A DNA stretch of 64,000 bases, from assembly GCF_006345805.1 (NCBI RefSeq), contig NC_043009.1:21514001-21578000 (forward strand). The letters are read 5' to 3'. The DNA is from Octopus sinensis (lineage: Eukaryota). Under the pieces are notes generated by a model. That model had not been told where the DNA came from. It searched no databases and saw only the letters and a list, made by a program, of their open reading frames with translations. Shown one piece after another: positions 49,410 through 60,752 of the stretch. Each line of letters begins with the position of its first letter. Positions within the stretch are counted from its first letter, which is position 1. A program made the position numbers and the translations under genes.

Positions 49410-50760
49410 TTTGTTGTGCAAGATTTTTTATACTAGGAGCTAGTATAAGAGTTACTCTAAAAGGTCACACGTTTAAGTTTAACAATAAAATATATGCCCA
49501 GGACGAGGGGGAAGCCATTGGCGTTAGTATCGCTGGTGATGTAGCCAACCTTTTCATGGTATGGTGGGACAGAAGACTTAAAGAACGCCTAACACAGAAC
49601 TCCATACTCATAAACATGTACTCTCGCTATGTTGATGATATCAATATAGTGGTAAAGGCACCCTCACAAGAGAGTACTGTTGATATAGTAATAGAAACTA
49701 ATACTATGGAGAGCATCCAGCAAATAGCTAACTCCATCCACCAGAGTATTAAGGTCACAATAGACTACCCCACTAAACACCCCAACCATAGACTACCACT
49801 ACTAGACACTGAACTCTGGCTAGAAATTGTGAATAATAAAACCCAAATCCTTCATTCGTACTATGCCAAACCTATGGCCTCAAAATACTTGATCCACCGG
49901 AACTCAGCCATTGCGGACAATGCCAAATTCAATATTTTGATGGCAGACCTCATCAGAAATGTGTCACGCATTTGCGAGCCTACAGAGTTAAAGAGACACA
50001 TACAATATTTCATTCACCGCATGCAGTTCTCAGGTTACAGCCATAAAGAAAGGATCAGAGTATACAAAGGAGCCATGAAGAAATTTGATAATATATTATG
50101 TAATGATAGGAATGGGATTTGCCCACTCTATAGGAACAAGTCATGGAACACTATAGAAAGGACAAAAAAGAAAATAGGGAAGGCCAACTCTTGGTATGAT
50201 AGCCATAAATACCAGAGTGTCATGTTCGTTGACACCACCCCTGGAGGTGAACTGGCGTACTGCTTTAGAAGGACTCTAGGCAAACTTAATCTAAGGATTA
50301 AGGTTGTTGAAAAGCCAGGCAACCATATCAAATCTATAATTGGTAGAACCTATCCTTTTAGTAGAACCCCCTGTATGGATAAGTACTGTACTGTATGTAG
50401 ATTTAGCCCACAAACAAACTGTAAAGCCAGAAATGTAGTCTATAGTATAAGATGTATAGAGGGACGATGCAGTAACAAGACAACGACATACGTAGGGGAA
50501 ACGGCAAGAAGCATAGGAGAGCGGGTAAATGACATTGGTGACAACTCAAGGAAGGTAAAAGCTCATCGATTCTGTACCAACACGCCGAACAGGAACACGG
50601 GGGATCAATCAACAACATAGAAATTAAAGTATTGTCCATACATAGAACAGATGCAACAATCAGACAAATTACAGAAGCTACACACATAATAGAAAATAAA
50701 CCTAGCCTGAATAGGAAACTAGAATGGAACACTAGCACACACCACAACATATGACGATAG
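49410..50760 (+). pseudogene. Penelope-like element, RT C-terminal half and GIY-YIG endonuclease (5'-truncated, frameshift near the end)
   Basis: FKFNNKIYAQ..G.AIG; YSRYVDDI; LPLLDT; YLIHRNSA; NVVYSIRC...YVGETARSIGER. Confidence 0.92.
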
Positions 50761-51143
50761 AGGATCCCGAAAACATAATAAATACACAGATAAATAAACT
50801 AATAGAAATAAATAACTATATAAGTTTTTTATTTATTTATTATTATTACTAGTATTGTTGTTATATATACATACATACAAGCATATGCAATGATAATAAT
50901 AAGTGGATGTAAACACATGAACAAAATAAGAATAAACAAAAACAACAACAAAAACAAATTACATGAACGTATATAAACAGAAGAGACAAATATTACAGGC
51001 AACCCCCCCACACACACACACACCACTAAATAAACATAGACGCACATAGAGATATAAGCATGCGCAAATGAAGACATACAATAGAAATACAAAATGGCTG
51101 ACGGTTAGTAAGGAGAGACACAAATAAGAAAGAAGAAAACAAA

Positions 51144-51188
51144 GGACCACTGATGCGGTCACAGGAGTGTGACGAAAGAACTCTGGCC
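51144..51188 (+). ncRNA. Hammerhead-like fold with variant core, downstream of the PLE ORF
   Basis: GGACCA CTGATGCG GTCAC AGGAGT GTGAC GAAA GAAC TC TGGCC. Confidence 0.55.
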
Positions 51189-52157
51189 GAAATAAGATTA
51201 AGTTTAATGTAAAAAATAAATAACACTGAAGCAAAATAACATCAAATATATAGTGACCATTCCGAAATATAACAGTATATATATATATATATATTATAAT
51301 TCTGAAATGCGAAAAGTTTGTTTGTTTGTCTGGTTTTGGCATTGAGAACGGGTTAAAGGTCACTAGATCCCGTCGGATTGACTCCAAAATTTACAGGTAC
51401 ATATAATATGAGGTGAGGATGCGAGTGGGCTAGGTTAGAAATCCCCATCATAAAAGGTGTCTTTGCTAGGGCCAATAACGTACTTTGACAAGTCTACTCT
51501 CATTCTTTTATGTATCTGTCTTCCTCCATCACTCACTCTCTTTCCTCCCTTCCTTTCACATTTTATCTATAACGTCGTTTCACAGCGTCTACATCCCTTC
51601 ACTTTGTCTTTATAACGCCGTTTCACAGCGTCCTATATCTCCCCCCACCCCGCCTTCTACAGGGCTTTCACACTCTCTCTCTCTCTCTCTACATCTGTCT
51701 GCATTCATAGAGAGAATTATCATCACCACCACCACCACAACACAATCATGAGACAAATATTATGAATCAGATATTTATTGGGTTAATTTATACATGTGCG
51801 TGTGTGTGTGTGTTCTATATATAAATATGTATATATAATATATATATACAAAGTGTATATATCTGTATTTATGTATGTTAAACTTTTTAATACTTTTTGA
51901 TAGTTATATATATATTTTTTTAAATTATAAATATAAATTGATAATTTTAATTTTAAATTTAAATAATTTAAATTTTAAAATTTTTATATTTTATATATTT
52001 TGTATATTATATTTTTATTTTTATGTTTTGGTTTATGTTTTTCACTGTTTGATTTGCCTAATACTGGTTTTATCTCTAATTTAATTTATATATATATAAT
52101 TTGTATACATTTGTATATATAATGCGTACACACACACACACATAAATATTTATAATG

Positions 52158-52201
<44 letters not shown>

Positions 52202-52273
52202 GATCCCGGGTTGAGTCGCGGTTAACCACCGTAAATAAGGTACTCAATACATAGCAGAGTAAAGTAATTTATT

Positions 52274-52384
52274 TTATAGAAGGAGCTTCTACAGAACTAG
52301 AACTGTTTCATTCAGATGAAATCTTCAGGATGAAGATTTCATCTGAATGAAACAGTTCTAGTCCTGTAGAAGCTCCTTCTATAA
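52274..52384. repeat. 54-bp-arm fold-back palindrome containing a hammerhead-like CTGAAGA...GAAAC remnant
   Basis: ...GAAATCTTCA gga TGAAGATTTC...; one mismatch between the arms. Confidence 0.85.
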
Positions 52385-53220
52385 TATATATATATATATA
52401 TATATAATGTGTGCATTATGTGGTCGGTTGTGCTGAAAATATGCACACCTATGTTAAAAGTGCTGGAGAGTTTGCATGGCAACTACTTTTTTCCTCAAAT
52501 GAAACGCGTGACCTCTAGGACAAAATCCCTCATCTTATAAAATGTGGCCCTGGTAGACCCGAATGAAATCGGGTTATATTAACCAAAATGTGAAAAGAGG
52601 TCTAAATGGGGCTTGAAGGGGATTAAAATTTACAGGAGTGGGTGTTTAGGAATTATCTGTTACATAAAGCTAAAAAATTTGCGCCAGCCTTTAAATCGTC
52701 AATGTGTTGCTGTCCATGATGAAGAAGTTTTGAATGATTGCTATAGTGAGTCTACTGTCGTGAGAAAGAATCACTTCAAAGCTTGGTGTTTAGGAATTTT
52801 CTTTCACATCAAGTTCAAAATTTTACGCCAGCCATTAAACTGCCACTACGTTGCCGTCCGTCGTTAAGAAATGCCAGCCATGGTGACTCTACTATCCTCA
52901 GATTCTATCCCTTCAAACTTTGGTTTCCAATATTTTTAAAATTTTTATTCAGCTCGCAAGTTCGTCTGTCCCTTTTAAATGTTAGTGTTTTGCTTTCTGC
53001 CTTGAAGCAGACCTTTCCTTTGTCACTGCCTGATATTTATGATTGATCTTTCAAAATATTTCTTTCTCAACTTACTCAAGATCTATTGTTGTTTATAAAT
53101 GGGAGAGAGATAGATAGAGAAAGATAGAGAGTAAGAGAAAGCGAGGGAGAGTCCGAGAGAAAGGAAGTGTAAGAGAGTGGAAAAGTGAGAGAGAAAGGAG
53201 AGAGAAACAAAGAGGGAGAA

Positions 53221-53549
53221 TCATCATCATCATCATCATGGTTTAACGTCCGTTTTCCGTGCTAGCACCGGTTGGACGGTTTGACCGGGGTCTGGGAAGC
53301 CAGGAGGCTGCACCAGGCTCCAGTCTGATCTGGCAATGTTTCTACAGCTGGATGCCCTTCCTAACGCCAACCACTCCAAGAGTGTAGTGGGTGCTTTTTA
53401 CGTGCCAGCGGCACAGGTGCCAGGGGTGCGGGTCTGGCAGCGGCCACGATTGGTTGGTGCTTTTTACGTGCCACCGGTACAGAAGCCAGTCAAGGCTGCG
53501 CTGCCATCGGCCACGTGCAGATGGTGCTTTTTACGTTCCGAAAGGAAAA
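53221..53549 (-). mobile_element. RTE 3' tail insertion flanked by an ~86-bp direct repeat
   Basis: (TCA)n tail; 53135-53220 repeated at 53550-53635. Confidence 0.7.
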
Positions 53550-53719
53550 GAGAAAGCGAGGGAGAGTCCGAGAGAAAGGAAGAGTAAGAGAGTGGGAAAG
53601 TGAGAGAGTAAGGAGAGAGAAACAAAGAGAGAGAATGTGGTGATAAACAACAGAAAAGAAGCAACAAAAAGTAACAACCACACTCTTACCTGCTCTACGC
53701 GCGGGTCACCTTAAGCTAG

Positions 53720-54247
53720 TCTATATTATAATTCTGAAATGCGAAAAGTTTGTTTGTTTGTTTGTCTGGTTTTGGCATTGAGAACGGATTAAAGGCCACT
53801 AGATCCCGTCGGATTGACTCCAAAATTTACACGGACATGTAAAATGAGGTGAGGATGCGAGTGGGCTAGTTTAGAAATCCCCATCTTAAAAGGTGTCGTT
53901 GCTAGGACCAAAAACGCACTTTGGCAAGTCTACTCTCATTCTTTTATGTATCTGTCTTCCTCCATCACTTACTCTCTTTCCTCCCTTCCTTTCACTTTCT
54001 ATATATAACGTCATTTCACAGCGTCTACATCCCTTCACTTTGTCTTTATAACGTCGTTTTACAGCGTCCTATATCTCCCCCCCTCCCCGCCTTCGACAGC
54101 GCTTTCAGGAAGGGTAAGACAGTGGGAAAGTGAGAAAGGAGAGAGAAACAAAAAGGGAGAATGTGGTGATAAAAAACAGAAAGGAAGCAACAGAAAGTAA
54201 GAACCACACGCTTACCCGCGCACCTTACCGCGGGCACCTTAAGCTAG
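53720..54247 (+). mobile_element. Helitron family R copy 3, in tandem with the previous copy
   Basis: Junction CTAG|TCTATATTATAATTCTG; end hairpin CCCGCG..CGCGGG + CTTAAGCTAG|T. Confidence 0.85.
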
Positions 54248-54399
54248 TATATATATATATATATATCATCATCATCATCATATACATATATATATGGAAA
54301 CACATAAAAAATAAAATTAATGTTCGTATTTGGTTGGTCAGTCAATAAGATTAAAATCTTCAAACAAGAATCGATATCAAAGATATAAGTTCATATGTA

Positions 54400-54830
54400 G
54401 AAAAACTCATTCTTTCTCTCTCCTTCTCTCCCTATCCCTCTCTTTCTGTCTGTCTTTCACTTTCTCACTCTCTCCACTCTCTTTACTTCTCTCTATTACC
54501 CACTCATTTTCGTTCTCTCTCTTTCACTTACTCTCCCTCTTCCTCTCTTTCTCTTTTTTTCTTTCTCTTTCTATCACTTTCTTTCTCTCTTTTTTTCTCG
54601 TTCTCTCTCTTTCTCTCTGTTACTTTCTTTCTTTTTTCTCGTTCTCTCTTTCCCTCTGTTACTTTCTCTCTCTCTATCTATCTATCTTCCCCTCTCTCCC
54701 ACCTCTGTCTCTTTCTTTCTCTCTCAGTCTCTCCCTCGCTCTTTTCCCCAAGACAATGTAGCATAGTCAACATACAACTCGCTTTCTCACCCTCTCTCTC
54801 CCTCTTTCTTTCTCTCTATCTCTCTCTCTC
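54400..54830. repeat. CT-rich low-complexity tract
   Basis: Direct reading. Confidence 0.85.
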
Positions 54831-55074
54831 TTATATTTTGAATACTGTTTTTCTTTTCGTTTTCCATTATTTTGTTTGTTGGTGTTTTACATTACATTTC
54901 TTTGGTTTGTCGCTTTTCTTTTCCGTCCTAATTCTTACCCCGCTCTCTTCCCCCTCCCCCTCCTCAATAAACCTAATCAATGATTATTAACCTGTTACCA
55001 CACATTAAAATCAATCATACTTAAAAGACACATATTCACACACACACACACACACACACCCGTACACGCCATAG

Positions 55075-55475
55075 CCACTCACAATAAAAGGGAACACTGG
55101 TAGCATGTACCATTGAAGACCTCAAGCACAACACACCCGATATAATGATTTGGGATAGAGAAGAAAAACTGTGTACAGTTATGGAAATTAGCTGCCCAGC
55201 AGATGTTAACATAAAGCTGAAGATTAGTGAAAAAGAGAACACCTATGCTGAACTATTGAGAAATCTGCAGTTACTCTATGCAGATTACAAGTTCAGGTTT
55301 ATACCTGTAATTATTGGGACCTTGGGATATGTAACACACTGCCTAAATACCAATCTTGAGAAATTAGGCTTCTTAAAACCAAAAAGGAGAAAGCTAGTTC
55401 GAAGACTACAGGTCCAATCCTTCACTGGAACTGTAAAAATCTGTAAAACTTTCCAGAAGTTTAACATTGAAATGT
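55075..55475 (+). pseudogene. R4/Dong-like (REL endonuclease) LINE 3' end
   Basis: HNTPDIMIWD...CTVMEISCPAD...K...Y..L...F.P.IIGTLG is a PD-(D/E)xK restriction-like endonuclease; followed by (TATG)n. Confidence 0.85.
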
Positions 55476-55535
55476 ATATGATATATAACTATATGCATGA
55501 GAATACATACATAAAACATACAAATCTATATATGC

Positions 55536-55700
55536 ATGTATGTATGTATGTATGTATGTATGTATGTATGTATGTATGTATGTATGTATGTATGTACATG
55601 CATACATACATACGTACATACATATATACATACATACATACATACATGCATGCATACATACATACATACATGCATACATACGTACGTACATACGTACACT
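55536..55700. repeat. (TATG)n/(TACA)n microsatellite
   Basis: Direct reading. Confidence 0.95.
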
Positions 55701-56106
55701 ATTGTTGATATTGAAATTTCAATGAAGAAGCCTTGGCTCTGGGCTAGAAGCGGTTCTTTCTCTATTGGCAAGAAATCTTGAAATAAACTGAATAATGATA
55801 TACATACATACATACATACATACAAACCGAGACTCTGCTACACTCTCTATAAATTTCCTACTGGGAATGACCATATTTATGAGAATCTTACATTGCTTAT
55901 AAACTCTATATTTGGAAGGATTCATATTAAACTCTGTCGGACTTTTGGATTTTACTCAAAGGATATTGGAATATTGTATATATACCATTATGCCTATAAA
56001 ACGGATTTACAAATTCAATACCCACACATATCTTACATCTATTTGCTTTTCTCCACCTCAGTCTCTATTTGTATCACAACTATGACTAAATTTTTCCTCT
56101 CACACC

Positions 56107-56158
56107 GTCTCCAATGAAGGGATATTATTAATTAATATGCTAGAAACAGCTGTAAGAC
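56107..56158 (+). ncRNA. Hammerhead-like fold with variant core CCAAUGA
   Basis: GTCT CCAATGA AGGG ATATT ATTAATT AATAT GCTA GAA ACAGCTGT A AGAC. Confidence 0.5.
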
Positions 56159-56363
56159 CTTCTATATATAAATGCTCTAATCTATACAGCCTTGGTTTTT
56201 TTTATCTTATTACGCATAAAATTCTTATATACACACGCTGACATAGAACCAACGTTGAACCCTTTATTCGCAATATTACCGAATCTGGAACTTAACTATG
56301 GTCTGTCTATAGCACTTATTCAGCATTACCTGACACCTTTGGGTCTCAATGACACCATTATCT

Positions 56364-56410
<47 letters not shown>

Positions 56411-56413
<3 letters not shown>

Positions 56414-56505
56414 ACAGGCTTCTTTCAGTTTCTGTTTACCAAATCCACTCACAAGGTTTTGGTCGGCCCGAGGCTATAGTAGAAGACACTTGCGCAAGGT
56501 GCCAC
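56411..56505 (-). mobile_element. SINE fragment (same family as 44970)
   Basis: GGCTTCTTTCAGTTTCTGTTTACCAAATCCACTCACAAGG...AAGGTGCCACG. Confidence 0.75.
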
Positions 56506-56819
56506 GGAATCTTCTTATCATACAGCCACGCCTGCGCCGGTGTACATATATACTGCTTATATATATATATATATACATACATAAAATATATAGGGTAGCG
56601 AGTTTTTTTATAATTTCACTACTAGTAGCCTAGCACGTATAAAAAAAGTCAATAGACAACATATTTTCAATATAAAATAGTGTATATTTAAACAGAAGAG
56701 AAACTACCTTTAAGTAGAAGATTAGTTCGGCACTTTTTCTTTTGTTGCGCGGTGAATTTGAAAAATTATAATATATAATGATGAAACACGTGTTATTTGC
56801 CTCTAAATTATATGTTAGT

Positions 56820-56888
56820 GTTACTGATGAGAATTTCGCCTAGCAAATTATTTTATTTGCTAAATAAAATTCGAAATCTAGGTATGAC
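56820..56888 (+). ncRNA. Type I hammerhead ribozyme, canonical core, 42-nt stem II
   Basis: GTTA CTGATGA GAATTT-CGCC-TAGCAAAT-TATTTT-ATTTGCTA-AATA-AAATTC GAA ATCTAGGT A TGAC; GUA triplet ending at 56884. Confidence 0.85.
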
Positions 56889-57044
56889 CGTAAAAAAATA
56901 GTAAGGTAAAAGTTTTTTTATTTTTCATTCTCTCCGAAATTACTCTTAAATGTGGTTTTGTTAGTTTTTGGCTGCTTCTTCTAGCGTGTAAAACTACCTG
57001 CTAAAGGTAGTTTCTCCTGTGTTTAAATTTACACTAAATGTGGA

Positions 57045-57445
57045 CGTTCTAACTGTGGAACATGCCCCCACCTTCTGGAGGGTTCAGAATTCCAATTCAA
57101 ACAAGGAGAAATATTTAAGATCAAATCAAATTTCACCTGCGCCTCAGCAAATGTAATCTATGTCATGACATGCATAGGATGTGGTAAACTCTATATTGGA
57201 CAAACAGAAATTTCGCTCCGTCAAAGAATCACCATTCACATAGAGCAAATCCGCCACCCAGGTGAGTGAACACATAGAAAGGTGTGCCAGGAATCTTAAT
57301 CCCAATTTCCAAATATTTTCCTTTTACCAATGTTCACAGAACACCACAATGCAACAAAGGTTGAATAAAGAGGCATTTTTCATCAACAAATTTCTCCCCC
57401 AACTAAATATGAACACACAACTCAATACAGAACACCACTAACTCT
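57045..57445 (+). pseudogene. Penelope-like GIY-YIG endonuclease fragment (frameshifted)
   Basis: CGTCPHL...FTCASANVIYVMTCIGCGKLYIGQTEISLRQRITIH...VSEHI..C...EAFFINKFLPQLN. Confidence 0.9.
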
Positions 57446-57816
57446 TCAATTGAAACCACTAACCCCTATACACTTCCTACACCACTCACATCTCTAAATC
57501 CTCCCTTACAAATAATCTTTTTTCTCAGGAACTATTAGACCTGACACCGTGCATTAGCCGGTGTTTTTCAAACGATGAATAGCTTTGCGTAAATCATGGT
57601 CCATTTTGTTCTCTTACTTTATTATCATCTTATAGTCATCTCATAATAATGACTTTTATGACTCGTATCACTACCTCAATCAATCTAAATGTATATATTT
57701 GTCATTGCCTGTCATAAATAGCCTTTTTTTATTTGCTATGTGCATTTTCGTTGATTTTCATATTTTACCCTTACATTTCCACGTGTATTTTATATTTTCT
57801 TTTTGTAACATATTTC

Positions 57817-57864
<48 letters not shown>

Positions 57865-58289
57865 CTGTTTACTAGACCTGCGTAAAACAACACCGTGATA
57901 TCTTCAGATCAAACCTTTCTGTCTTAAAGAAGGAGAGAACGCATAAGACATTGTTGTTCCTAATATACAAAAGAGGAAAAGGTTAGGATTTGAACACCTT
58001 TGATCATACATCTGGTCAATGAAGACTAATCTGAAATCAAATAACAATAACATAACTGTTTCTGTTCATTAAAAAAAAAAAATGTCTGGTACTTACTGTA
58101 TCAGTATCTTTTTGCCGAAACGTTAAGTTACGGGGAAGTAAACACACCAGCACCAGTTGCCAAACGGTGGTGGTACACACACTATATATATATAGATAGA
58201 TAGATAGGTAGGTAGGTTGGTAGGTAGGTAGATAGATAGATATGTAAAGGGAGAGCATTTCCTTTCTGTCGTGATCTTGAAGCAAAGAT

Positions 58290-60016
58290 CGTAACATGTT
58301 ACAAAACGATATTTGTCCCTCTGTTTTCTCTGTATGTTGGTCCCTTCCACTCATCCACCAGGAACTTTATCAGACTTGCTTTGTTGGGAGGGCTGCTGAG
58401 CAACTTACCTGTGCCCAGGTGCTATGCTTCTGAACTGGGTTCCTGTTTCAGATCCCCTGTTAATTCTTTCTGCATTTTTTATGGATGATTCCTTGTAAAA
58501 ATAAAAAACAACATCAATACGATGACTCTGGGCTCCTTCATGGAGAACGTGCGTCATCAATGACTCTGAGATCTGGGAGAAGTTTCTGGACCAAGCTCAT
58601 CCCATTAATAACTGTTGCTGACGGACTTGGAAGAATTTCTGCTGCAGCAACATTCTTCTCCAACTCTCTAGATAGGGATGCTTTGTTGGTCTTACGGAGA
58701 GTCCCGTCGCCATCGGCAAGTGCAACTGGTAGAGGACCCAAAAGCTGAGTCAGTACATCGGCCATATGTAGTTTTCTGATTTCTGCTACAAGGATCATGT
58801 GATCAAACAAGTCTCGGTCACCTTTCAAAACCACATCCTTGGCATGCCCTTGAGTGCATGGTTTCTCTCTGATGTCCGAGAAAGTTTTCAGTCTCATTTT
58901 AGTCATCCTGTCATGGAATTTTTTAGATGGCACATCAGCTTCTTGTCTAAAGATCTGGTATGATTCTTCTCCAAGTTTGTTAGCATCCAGGAGATCTTTT
59001 TCTATATCTTGTAGTGCTGCAGTGATACTCAAGTGGAACTCAAACTTACAAGATCCTCATTTTCAGGTTTGAATAAGTTTAGCCAACTTGCATCCATGAG
59101 CTGGAAAAAAAGATTGGATATCCGCGTAATCTTTCTTGATCGTTGACTGATTGAGGTCAGCGTTGTTCAAGGAATGTATTTTGCTCTATTTGTCATATCT
59201 CTCAGCTGCCGCAAGTATGAGCTGCGATACTCTGAGATTAAATAGAACCTAGCCACTGCTCCAGCTTCCAGACTGAATCCTTTCGAGCCACCAGGAGTTT
59301 GGGTGTCCTTGTTAACCGCCTCTTCGATTGTTTGGTCCACTGGTATACGTCCAAATGGATTTTGTTCTCCAACCTGGACTGCGAAACCACCGTTCATGAA
59401 GTGTGCATGAACTTCAGGATGTTCAATGTGGAGTTGAGACATCATTGCATAGTAATAGGTCAGGAATCGAACATAGTTCACCTTGTCATAGGCAAAACAC
59501 CATGGGATCATCTTTCCGATGGACACAAGATAGAGGATCCAGTTACCTTCTGGAAGCTCGTATTAGGCCAAGCATGATCTGCACTACGTCTATGTATGAC
59601 ATCCAGAAAGCCAACAGACTGTACACGCATCTAAAGAATTCAAGATAGGTTTGAAACAACTCCAAGATCCTTGTGCAGGACTCATTTCCAAGAACCTCTT
59701 GGAGGGACATCTTGGCTTACACTGCTTTGAAAGTTGCCTAAGACCTTCAATGTTTCTGCTAGGTGAGGCAAGCCTCATTAATGCTTCATGCACAAGTTTG
59801 TGCACCTTGACTGCACGGTTGTACTTGTGACCTTCCATGATCCCAGTCACTGATCCATCTGCTGTGACACCCGATTCAACACATATATCCCTAAGCCCTG
59901 CATCTTGAAACCGCTTGCCGATGATAGAAAGGAGGTTGCTAATTGTGTGGAAAACTTCCATCCTGATGATTATGTTTCTATATTTGTCTTTTCTCCATAC
60001 TATTTCAGTTGCCTTT
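58290..60016 (-). pseudogene. Relic of a large uncharacterised invertebrate transposase-like protein
   Basis: Co-linear fragments KATEIVW..IIIRMEVFH..LSIIGKRF.DAGL..VESGV...HKYNRA..HK..EAL; WCFAYDKVNYVR; DQTIEEAVNKD..GG..G; LRKTNKASL; NKASLIKFLVDEW. Confidence 0.65.
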
Positions 60017-60020
60017 GACT

Positions 60021-60752
60021 GACTCCAGTGTTTTTAGCCAAACTAGGATTGACAGTCAACAGCGACAAATCAAAAATTATGCGCATTAATGAAGAAAACA
60101 GCAAACATATTAAACTAGAAACCGGTGAACTAGAGGATGTAGCCGAGTTTACGTATTTAGGTAGTAAGATAACGTTTTCAGGCGGCACCGACGAAGATAT
60201 TAAGAGGAGAATAAGTAAGGCAAGGACTGCTTTTCACCTGTTAAAGAAAGTATGGAGCGCAAGTGTAATTTCAATAAAGAACAAAATAAGAATTTTTAAC
60301 ACTAACGTAAAAGCGGTGTTATTGTATGGGGCTGAGACATGGCGAACAACAGTTTAGTCAAATAAGCAAATACAATCATTCATCAACAGATGCTTGCGTA
60401 GTATACTTAAAATTAGATGGCCCGAACAGACAAGCAATATGGAGCTATGGCAAAGAACAAATGAAGTTTCAATTAAGGAGCAAATATTTAAGAAAAAGTG
60501 GAAGTGGATTGGTAGCAAAATTAGAAAAGACACACCAAATGTAGCGAAAAGTGCTTTACAGTGGAAACCAGATAGATATAGAAGGAGAGGTAGGCCTAAG
60601 AACTTGTAGCGGAGATCAATACAAAAGGAACTAGAGAAAGGGGGACATTCATGGCAGAGTATAAGTACAGAAGCCAAAAATTATGCAACATGGAATTCAG
60701 CTACAAGTGGCCTATACTCCGCATTGGAGGGTTAAAGGCATAAAGAAGAAGT
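60021..60752 (+). pseudogene. 5'-truncated RTE LINE (ORF2 C-terminus) adjoining the transposase relic
   Basis: GLTVNSDKSK; FTYLGS; RRISKARTAF; VLLYGAETW; CLRSILKIRW; WIG..IR; GRPK; GAA-rich tail. Confidence 0.9.

Larger units (their letters stand above)
51288..53719 (+). mobile_element. Helitron family R copy 2, apparently interrupted by several insertions
   Basis: 5' part 51288-51830 homologous to 10843-11400; 3' end ACCTGCTCTACGCGCGGGT hairpin + CTTAAGCTAG at 53719. Confidence 0.6.

Noticed and set aside
55715-55765. TCAATGAAGAAGCC...GGCTAGAAGCGGTTC as a ribozyme
   Set aside because: Too many deviations to call alone; mentioned only as support for the 56107 variant.
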